This document shows, in pieces, positions 19,062-28,200 of a stretch of DNA of 62,103 nt. Every line of letters starts with the position of its first letter. The stretch's first letter is position 1. A model generated the notes under the pieces. The model had not been told where the DNA came from and searched no databases. It saw nothing but the letters and a program-made list of their open reading frames with translations. Position numbers and translations under genes: made by a program. The stretch is from a virus (lineage: Duplodnaviria > Caudoviricetes), in IMG/VR virus record IMGVR_UViG_3300034104_002314, positions 1 to 62,103 of that record. One strand, given 5' to 3'.

Positions 19062-21290
19062 ATGAAAGTTAGAATTAAAAAAGTACCACAAGCCAGAACA
19101 GGTTATCAAGTACGTGGAGCTTTAGCCAATGATGTGCCAGCAATGGGTGGTGCAGACTATGATGGCTATGCATCAAAAGAAACTAAATTTAATAGAACAC
19201 TCAAAGCTGTACCAAGAGAAGAAGCTAATCTTGAAGCAGAGGGTAATGAAACAGTAATGATGAATACAGGTAACATACCTGCATTTTATACTATTAAAGG
19301 ACCAAGACATGCTCAAGGAGGTGTTCCATTAAATTTACCAGATGATAGCTTTATCTACAGTGATTTTAGAGAAATGAAAATAAAAGATCCTGATCTGTTG
19401 GCTAAGTTTGGTAAATCTGTAAAAGGAAAAACTGCATATACTCCTGCTCAGTTATCTAAACAGTATGATATAAATAAGTACAGACAGATATTGCAGAATC
19501 CAGATTCAGATGCTATAGACAGGAAGACTGCAGAGATAATGATCCGTAATTATAACATGAAGTTAGGAGCATTAGCTTTAGCACAAGAAGCTAAGAAAGG
19601 ATTTCCTCAAGGTATCCCTGCTGTAGCTAAACCATTTATGGAAGCTAATAAACTTTCTGAGGCAGATTTTATACCACAGGAAGAAGAAGCAACAGAACCT
19701 GGAATGGAAGCAGAAGGTGAAGAGATGATGGCAGAAGAAGGACAAGCTCCTGAAACAATGCCTGATGGATCTCCAGTAGCTATGCCACAAGGAGAACCTA
19801 TGCCAGAACAAGGCATGATGCAATATGGTGGATATCCAATGACCATGTATGGTATGCAAATGGGTGGTTATGCAATGCCATTCTACAATGACCCTAATCA
19901 AATGGCTTACGGTGGTGTACCAAGATTTGATAATGGTGGTAAAATTACTGGTGAAGCTTTAAAGAAGAAAGCAGCGGGTAAAAAAGCAACAACTGTTAAA
20001 GAAGTAGGAAAAGATTATGAAGACATTGGTGGTGGTAAATATGCTAAAGGTACATACTCAAAATCTGCAGGAGAAAAAAAACAATATAATAAATATACTG
20101 GAAAAGTTCAAAAACAAACACCACAACAAGTGGAAGCTTATTTAGATGGTGTTTGTAATAGAATGAAAAATGGTGATTTGCAAAATTACACTGCAGAAGA
20201 ACTAGCTGGTGAATTTTTTGATAAGTCTTATATAGAGAGAATGAGAGCCTGTGAAACAAAAACAGGTGAAGAAAAAGAAGATATTGATGTAGTTCAACTT
20301 GAAGAATCAACACCTGTTAATGAACAAGAATGTGAGTGTACATATCCAGATGGTAGTACTGAACGTATGCCTAAGAATGCTGATGGTACATGCCCTCCTT
20401 GTAAAAAAGAAGTTGAAGAGGAAGGAGAATACTATGAAGAACCAATGGTTGAACAAGATGGTTATGCTCCTTGGTGGTTACAAGATACTGTAAATACTAT
20501 GGGTGCATTTGGAGATTTAGCAAGTATTAAAAAATATATGCCGTGGGCTGCTAATGTTGATCTTGAAGAACCAAGACCTACATTCCTAGATCCTACAAGA
20601 GAGTTAGCTGCTCAATCTGAACAAGCTAATATTGCCGCTCAAGCTTCAGGAGCTTTTGCAGGCAATGCTCAACAGATGGGTGCTAGACTAGCAAATATAC
20701 AAGGGCAGGGTGCAGCAAGCGCAGCAAATACTTTATCTAACATTAATAACCAGAATGTTGGTATAGCAAATCAATTTGAAGGACAACAAGTTGGAATTAG
20801 AAATCAAGAACAACTTATGAACCAGCAAATTGCTAATGACTTATATGATAAGAATGTTATTGCTAACCAACAGTTTGACAATGCTAAAAGACAAGCTGCA
20901 CAAAATCTTAGACAACAGTATAATACTGCTGTTACTAATAGATGGAAAACAGATGCAATGAATCAATTGTATCCTGACTATGCTGTTGATCCTTCTACCG
21001 GTGGTCAAATGTACTTTAATCCTACACCAAAAACACCAAATCCAACTAGACCTGAACAGAGTGATATTGAGTATGTAAGAAGTCTAGAAGAAGCTAATAT
21101 AGACAAAGATATAATTGGTAGAATGGTATCAGCACGTATGAGAGGCTCGGGTGGTGGTGGAGGAAATGACGGACCGGATCCTAATATTGCAGCACAGATG
21201 TATGGTAATAGACAAAGAGGTGGATATGTAGGATATCTTCAGAATGGTGGTTATGTCTATGCAGATACAATCTTTCCTTTTATTATGTAA
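19062..21290 (+). CDS. Internal cargo protein (crAss cargo-protein-like)
   Basis: 742 aa; ANLEAEGNE...KGPRHAQGGV...FIYSD motif recalled from crAss-like cargo proteins; Q/N-rich coiled coil; xxGG motifs. Confidence 0.7.
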   Translation: MKVRIKKVPQARTGYQVRGALANDVPAMGGADYDGYASKETKFNRTLKAVPREEANLEAEGNETVMMNTGNIPAFYTIKGPRHAQGGVPLNLPDDSFIYSDFREMKIKDPDLLAKFGKSVKGKTAYTPAQLSKQYDINKYRQILQNPDSDAIDRKTAEIMIRNYNMKLGALALAQEAKKGFPQGIPAVAKPFMEANKLSEADFIPQEEEATEPGMEAEGEEMMAEEGQAPETMPDGSPVAMPQGEPMPEQGMMQYGGYPMTMYGMQMGGYAMPFYNDPNQMAYGGVPRFDNGGKITGEALKKKAAGKKATTVKEVGKDYEDIGGGKYAKGTYSKSAGEKKQYNKYTGKVQKQTPQQVEAYLDGVCNRMKNGDLQNYTAEELAGEFFDKSYIERMRACETKTGEEKEDIDVVQLEESTPVNEQECECTYPDGSTERMPKNADGTCPPCKKEVEEEGEYYEEPMVEQDGYAPWWLQDTVNTMGAFGDLASIKKYMPWAANVDLEEPRPTFLDPTRELAAQSEQANIAAQASGAFAGNAQQMGARLANIQGQGAASAANTLSNINNQNVGIANQFEGQQVGIRNQEQLMNQQIANDLYDKNVIANQQFDNAKRQAAQNLRQQYNTAVTNRWKTDAMNQLYPDYAVDPSTGGQMYFNPTPKTPNPTRPEQSDIEYVRSLEEANIDKDIIGRMVSARMRGSGGGGGNDGPDPNIAAQMYGNRQRGGYVGYLQNGGYVYADTIFPFIM

Positions 21291-21304
21291 ACTTAAGAAG
21301 TTTA
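21288..21304. promoter_or_regulatory. Inverted repeat TAAACTT-N3-AAGTTTA (copy 2)
   Basis: Same arms as 14394-14410; also followed by TATAAAATTT. Confidence 0.6.
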
Positions 21305-21349
21305 CTAAACTTATAAAATTTTAATAGTTTTACACAAAGATAAAATACT

Positions 21350-21844
21350 ATGGCAAAATTACTCTTTTTGGGAAATGATACATATACAGAAGTAGATGAT
21401 GAAGATTATTATTGGTTAAGTCAGTGGAACTGGAATGCTGTAGCAATTAAAAATAGATTATATGTAAAAAGAAGTAAAAAGAAAGCACTTCTTAAATCTG
21501 GTGTAAAGTATGAAATTTTTTTACACAGAGTGATAATGAAATGTACAGATCCTGGTTTAGTTGTAGATCACATAGATAATAATCCTTTAAACAACAAAAA
21601 AAATAATCTAAGGATATGCACTAAAGCACAAAATAATAGAAATACATCTTCACACAAAGACAGTAGTTCAAAATACCTAGGTGTTACATATGATAAAGCA
21701 AGAAAAAAATGGAACGCACAACTAATGGTAAATGGCAAAAGAGTACTAACAAAAAGATATCCTACTGAAATTGAAGCAGCAAAGGCTTATGATGCAGCAG
21801 CAATAGAACATGTAGGTCAATATGCAAATTTAAATTTTAAATAA
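21350..21844 (+). CDS. Free-standing HNH homing endonuclease with AP2 DNA-binding domain
   Basis: VVDHIDNNPLNNKKNNLRICT...QNNRN (HNH) and SKYLGVTYDK..KKW.A...EAAKAYD.AA (AP2). Confidence 0.9.
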   Translation: MAKLLFLGNDTYTEVDDEDYYWLSQWNWNAVAIKNRLYVKRSKKKALLKSGVKYEIFLHRVIMKCTDPGLVVDHIDNNPLNNKKNNLRICTKAQNNRNTSSHKDSSSKYLGVTYDKARKKWNAQLMVNGKRVLTKRYPTEIEAAKAYDAAAIEHVGQYANLNFK

Positions 21845-21846
21845 AT

Positions 21847-24800
21847 ATGGCAACTTATTTACAGAATGTGACTGATTATGTGCCGGAGTTGCAACCCTTC
21901 CAGCCTGATTTAAATTTCTATTCTAATGTACTACAGACTAAACAGTCTCAGTATGATAGTAACTGGAAAGCTCTTAATAAAATGTATGGACAGTATTTTT
22001 ATGCTGACCTTACAAGAGATGGTAACATAAAGAAAAAGGATGAGCTTCTAAAGAACATGGAGTTTAATCTAAAGAGAGTATCACAACTTGATTTATCTTT
22101 AGAACAAAATGTTAATCAAGCTACACAGATCTTCAAACCTTTCTATGAGGACAAAAACCTTATGAAAGATATGGCTTGGACTAAAACATATAACTCTCAA
22201 GTAGGTAAAGCACAGGCTCTACAAGGTTCAGCAGATGCAGAAAGAAGAAAGCAATTCTGGGATGCTGGTCTTAAAGAACTTCAATATAAAAAAGAAGAAT
22301 TTAAAAATGCTGATGATGCAACAGCAATGTCCTTTGGTAATGTGGCATATACACCCTATGTGAACTCTGTTGAGCTTGCACAAAAAATTGCAAAGGATGC
22401 AGGACTATCCATTGAAACAGTAGATTTTAGTCCTGATGGTAAGTGGATCATCACTCAAAAGAATGGTGAAAAACTAAGAGAGCCACTAAGTAAATTGTTT
22501 GAAGCAAGGCTTGGATCTGATCCTTCAGTACAAGCTGTATATAGAACACAAGCATATGTAAACCGTAAAGACTATGCCTATTCTAATGCTGCACAGTTTA
22601 ATGGAGATCAGAATGCTGCAGAGATGAAATATCTTGAGACTAGTTTTAATATTCTTAAAGATCAAAATGCACAGAGGTATAGAGCTGTTCAAGACAGAAG
22701 TAAGAGTTATGATGGTAAGATAAAAGAAATAGAAAAATCTATTGCTGACAAAACTGCATCACCAGGTGCTGAGAAACTATTAAATGAATACAAGCAAGCT
22801 AAGGATATTAATGATAAGATTCTTGAAAGAGTTGAAAAACAAAATACTGAGTTTAACGAAACCTCTTCTAGTACACCATCAACTTCTACAGGATTTATTA
22901 ATCCTTATGGTGATGTAAATTCATTAAGATGGAAAGTAGATGCTGGTATGGCCAGCATGCTTATGTCCAAAGATCTTAATGAAGCTGCAGAAATATTTGC
23001 GTATAAAGATGCTAAGACTAATATTAAAGAAAACCCATATAAGGTTCTTGAAGTTAAACATGCCCAATCAATGCAACAAATACATGCTAGAGGTTCTTAT
23101 AGTGTAAGAGCTGCTAGTATAAAAGCAAAAGGAGCAACTGATGCAGCCAGAATAAGAAATGCTGGTGAGATGGAAGCTGTTAAAATGGGAGAACTTGCTA
23201 AAAAAGGTCTTGTTACACCAAAAGAAGTTCCTGTATATGATAAAAATGGACAAGTAAAATTAGATCCTAATGGTAAACCACTTACTGAATTTGTTTGGGC
23301 TAAAACTGAAAATGAATACCAAGTAAAAAATGTAACCAATAATACTGGTGAGATAGATATTTTTGACTATGCTAAAAAACAAAATGAAGGAGTAGGTGGA
23401 CTTTTTTCAGCTGTAAATGCTCAGCTATCAGAATGGCTTAAGAATGGTGGTAAGTTAGGAGTTATTACAGAAGATGAGGCCGTTGGTATGTTAAATGATG
23501 AAAGAGTTCTTGGTAATAAACGTAAAGATACAAAAGGTAGATATATTGATCCTACTGCTGGTATGTTTAATAAAGATTTTACTGTAGTTGATTGGATGCA
23601 AGATTCAGGTGCAATGACAGAATATAAAGGTGTGAAAGTTGCAGATCCGGAACTTAGAAGATTTAAAGCACCAGTGGTAACAGCAGAAAATATAGGTAAA
23701 CTTACTAAAGAGGATATATATAATATTGGTAAAGCACAACAACACTCTGACAGATCAGGTCTAGGTTTTGTTAAACAAGATGTGACAAAAGTTCCCTTTA
23801 ATGAGGCTAACTATTATAAGACAACTATAGATAGAATAGAATCCTTTATAGCTGATAACTATGATGTTCCTTACATAGAATCAACAGCAACACAGATAAA
23901 AGAAGTGTTGTATCCAGCAAAAGTTGCTGCTGCACAAAACTATAATTTTGAAGACTGGAAGTATAAAGTAAAAGAAGCTGCTATTAAAGAGGATCCAGGA
24001 GCTGAAATGTTATTTGATGAAAATAATGAATTACTTCCAATTGAAGCTCTAAGACAAGTTGCTTCTAAAGCAGTATATGATGAGTATCAACAAGGTACAC
24101 AATCTAAACAAGGTTTCTTTGAGTCAGTTGCAAATACAATAGGTTTCTATGTAAAAGGTAGTGAGTTAAATCCTGAAACTGCAAAGTATTGGAAAAGTTG
24201 GGGTGAACTATTTACAGGTGCTGATCAAGCACCAAGTACATGGCTTGGTGAAAAATATGCAAAATATAGTCCTTACTTAAGAGGACCTGGTTCTTTAGCA
24301 AGACCTGGTGAGGATAATAAAGACTATGATTATGTAGTACTTAAAGATAAACTTGAAGAAACGCATGCTAAGGTTTTTGCAAACATGACTAGTTCAAAAT
24401 GGTTTGTTGACAATGATCTAGGTACTATACCTGGTGTTGCAGCACTTGGTGCAGGTGGTACAGGAATCACATCAACAATATCAGCAATTCAAGTACTACC
24501 ACAAGCTGCAGGAACTAAAGGTTTTACAGCTTGGCATAGTTTTGCAGAAGACTTTAGAAGAATTGGAAACTTTGATGGTACTCAAAATGCTATTTTGTTT
24601 GGTGATGCAGCAGGAATATCTGGAATAGAAAAAACAGCAATTGCTGACTCAGATGTAGCAGTAGCACAAACTGGAAAAGGAAGAGCTCTTATAGAGGCAA
24701 TGATTAGTGCACTTAATGATCCTAATACTGATTATAAACCATTTACACTAGAAGCATCAGGCATGGCTCTTTCTGATCCAACAAAAGCTGCTATGATCAT

Positions 24801-25254
24801 AAGACCAGATGCAAAATGGTTAGAACAATTTAAATCAACAGGTAAAGATGAAGACAATAATCTACTTACTACTGATGATTACAATGCTATTCTACAAAAT
24901 GGTATATCAGTAATATCTAATAGAGGTAATTTTAATAATCCAGCAATGGGTTCAACATACAAAACTCCATTAGAAAACATAGTTGATTATAATGGTTTTT
25001 ATGAAGAATCTATACCTGGTGCAGGAACATTTAGAATTGATAAAGGTCAAGGTCCTGCTGGAAACTATAGAGTAAGCACCAAATTTGAAATATGGGATCC
25101 ATCAACATCAAAGTTTAATGAGAATATAGTTTATGATGATCTTTTACCAAAAGATAGAAATCTTGAATTATACAGAGCAAGTGAGTTGCAACTACTTCAA
25201 GAAGCAAGATTGCATAACAAGATGTTGTATAATGGTAACTATAATTTATACTAA
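21847..25254 (+). CDS. Large internal cargo/ejection protein
   Basis: 1135 aa; helical; no Cys seen; immediately precedes the three giant proteins. Confidence 0.65.
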   Translation: MATYLQNVTDYVPELQPFQPDLNFYSNVLQTKQSQYDSNWKALNKMYGQYFYADLTRDGNIKKKDELLKNMEFNLKRVSQLDLSLEQNVNQATQIFKPFYEDKNLMKDMAWTKTYNSQVGKAQALQGSADAERRKQFWDAGLKELQYKKEEFKNADDATAMSFGNVAYTPYVNSVELAQKIAKDAGLSIETVDFSPDGKWIITQKNGEKLREPLSKLFEARLGSDPSVQAVYRTQAYVNRKDYAYSNAAQFNGDQNAAEMKYLETSFNILKDQNAQRYRAVQDRSKSYDGKIKEIEKSIADKTASPGAEKLLNEYKQAKDINDKILERVEKQNTEFNETSSSTPSTSTGFINPYGDVNSLRWKVDAGMASMLMSKDLNEAAEIFAYKDAKTNIKENPYKVLEVKHAQSMQQIHARGSYSVRAASIKAKGATDAARIRNAGEMEAVKMGELAKKGLVTPKEVPVYDKNGQVKLDPNGKPLTEFVWAKTENEYQVKNVTNNTGEIDIFDYAKKQNEGVGGLFSAVNAQLSEWLKNGGKLGVITEDEAVGMLNDERVLGNKRKDTKGRYIDPTAGMFNKDFTVVDWMQDSGAMTEYKGVKVADPELRRFKAPVVTAENIGKLTKEDIYNIGKAQQHSDRSGLGFVKQDVTKVPFNEANYYKTTIDRIESFIADNYDVPYIESTATQIKEVLYPAKVAAAQNYNFEDWKYKVKEAAIKEDPGAEMLFDENNELLPIEALRQVASKAVYDEYQQGTQSKQGFFESVANTIGFYVKGSELNPETAKYWKSWGELFTGADQAPSTWLGEKYAKYSPYLRGPGSLARPGEDNKDYDYVVLKDKLEETHAKVFANMTSSKWFVDNDLGTIPGVAALGAGGTGITSTISAIQVLPQAAGTKGFTAWHSFAEDFRRIGNFDGTQNAILFGDAAGISGIEKTAIADSDVAVAQTGKGRALIEAMISALNDPNTDYKPFTLEASGMALSDPTKAAMIIRPDAKWLEQFKSTGKDEDNNLLTTDDYNAILQNGISVISNRGNFNNPAMGSTYKTPLENIVDYNGFYEESIPGAGTFRIDKGQGPAGNYRVSTKFEIWDPSTSKFNENIVYDDLLPKDRNLELYRASELQLLQEARLHNKMLYNGNYNLY

Positions 25255-25259
25255 TAATT

Positions 25260-28200
25260 ATGGCAGAACAAGATATACCGTTTAATCCATTAGATCCATT
25301 AGGTCCTGAGTATGGAAGAGGTGATTTACCTACATTGGATACACAGGGGATATCTCCTTTTGAGGGAGATAGAATTGAACAACCCAAAATTAATTTTCCT
25401 AAAGATGAGTCACCAAAATACTTTCCTATATTACCCAGTACAGGCGGAACAATCCCACAAAAACAAGTAATAAAGAAAACAATTGGTCAACCCCCTGGGC
25501 CTGCTGGGCCTCCAAGAGGAACCTCTTCTAGAGATATACTGATGAGTCTAAGTGCTAGATCCAAAGCTAATATGAGCAGTAATCAGTCTAAGGGTACTTA
25601 TGGTGGAACATATAATTATAATGCCGGTGCATCCGGCAATGCTTACTATAATAGATACCATGCCTACGGTCAAGAAAAGTTTGACAGAATTGGTTTTAGT
25701 CCTCTTCAAGATAATGAAGCAGTATTCAATGGTCAAACAAGTAAATGGGATGACTTTAGTAGAATGATGACACATTCATTTATGCCCCTATTTGGAAATG
25801 CATTTGTGTCAGGACCAAAAAGTATGGTTAAGATGCTTCAAGGTGATTTTACATCTGTAGATGCAGAGGGTGCAAAATTATATGAAGAAGCTGCTGCTAT
25901 TGGTCAATCTACAAAAGGAGGCTTATTTGGGTTCTTTAATAATACAGCAATGTCATCTGCATATACAGCAGGTATTATATCTGAGGTTATACTAGAGGAA
26001 CTTGCAGCTGCTGCTTTTACAGGAATTACAGGAGGAGTTGGTGGAGGTGCCCTAGTAGCTACAACGGCAAAAAATGCTTCAAGAATACCCGGCATATTTA
26101 AAACACTAAGAGGTTTTGATAAAGCTGTTGATGGTACTAAGGCTATAAGAGCTACAATGGATACACTTAATGATATAAATAATACAAGATCATACTGGAA
26201 CAAATTTAAATCTGCTGTAAACACACCTCTTGGAAAATTTATTAATCCATTAGATAACACAGTTGATGCTATAGAAAGTATAGTAAGAAATGAAGATAAT
26301 CTTACAGGGCTTGCTAGAACATTGTATGGTGTAAATAAAACAGCAGGTGGTTTGTATAGAGATGTCAGAGGATTAAATATGGCTCTTTCAGAAGCAAGGC
26401 TTGAAGGAGGTTTTGTTCAGAATGAAGTATATGATAAACTATACTCAGACTTTTATCAAGATAATCAAAGAAGACCAACCAATGAAGAGCAAAGACTTCT
26501 TTATAAACAAGCTAAAGAAGCTGGTGTAGAAGCATTAGGTTGGAATGCAGCCATTATACATGCCTCTAATAAAATAATGTTTCCAAATATTCTTGGACCA
26601 AGAGGTGGTATAAATAGTTTTATAAAAGCTAAAACTAGAGATATACTTGACTTAAAAGCTGGTAAAATTATATTTGAAAATGCTGGTAAAAAAGCTGCTA
26701 AAGAAGCTGTGAAAGGAATGAAGGGTTCTTTTAGATATGTAGAGAACTCATTAATGAACTCTATTAAGGGTATTGCTAAAGATCCTGTAAAAGCAATTCC
26801 CAAAGTTCTTGGTTATGCTAAGGCAAATTTTTCTGAAGGTATCCAAGAAAACTTACAAGAAGTAATTTCTGAAACAACAAAGAACTACTATGTAGATTCA
26901 TTTAAAGATCCTTCTTTAGCAAACTATAATTATGCAAGAAGTCTTTTCAATACTTCACTCAGAGGTCAGTTTTCAGCAAAAGGTTTTGAAACCTTTGCTT
27001 CTGGTTTTGTAATGGGTATGTTTGGTGCACCATTAAATCATGTTGTACCTTTATTAAGTTATGGTAAGGCTAGACTGTTTAATAATGAGAAATACCAAGA
27101 GTATGTGAGTGCTAAACAAAAAGTTGGTACTCAAATGGTTAATCATTTAAATGAGTTAGGTGCAGATCCATCTGAGTTTTTTAACTCTAAGATAACTAAC
27201 CTTGCTGTGCAGAATAAAGCTGGACACATAATTAAAAACGGTAATACAAAAGAAGTAAATGATGCTAAGTCAGAATCATTTATCAATCAGTTAACTACTG
27301 CTTTTGAAACTAATACACTTGACTTTTTTAAAGATCATTTAAGTTCATTTAAACAATACACTCCTGAGGAGTTTGAAGAGGCACTAGGACTTGAAAAAGG
27401 AACAGGTGCTGAGTATCAGGCAAGAATAGATGATATTCTTAAACATGCTGATAACATGCAAACTACTTACAAGAATCTAAACCAAAAGTATCCAGATCAA
27501 ATTAATCTAGATGATTACAAAAAAGGTAGTGATGACTATAACAGAGCTGCTATATACAAGTCAGCTTTAGCTGAGGGTAAAAGAAATGCGGTATTCTTTA
27601 AGCACACATATGATGACACTATGTCAAGGATGTATGATATATCAAATACCTTGTTAGCTGAGAAACCATTAAAGAATATGTCTGCTTCAGAAATGCAAGC
27701 AATATTTGAACCATCTAGAATGAAGTCTGAGATGGAGATGATGAGATATGAGATTGAGACACTAAGACAATCTGGTAAGGCTGAGGATTCTGCAAAAGCT
27801 GATAAGATAGAAGGTAAGATAGGTGCTATGGAGAATTTCCTCAAAGCACTTAATTACAGAAGTAAACACTATGCTGCAGATCCAAGCAAAATTAAATCTG
27901 ATTTTATTGATACTCTTACTGATGAACAGAAAGAGCAAATAAATGAAGAAGAATTGGATGCATTACTTGACAGAGAACTTGAGGCTCAGAACATGGTTAG
28001 AAGATCTGATGAGTCTGATCTTAAAGTTGATAACCTATTTGAGAGAGCTTATAAAGACTATCTTAAAGCAGTTGCCGGTGTTACTGATGATACTTATTTT
28101 GATGAGGCAGCGGACAGTGCTTTTGAAAAGATACTTGATTATTATAATCTAGAAAAAGAATCTAGAGATATGGCCAAGTATGTTAACTTGCTTAATAATC

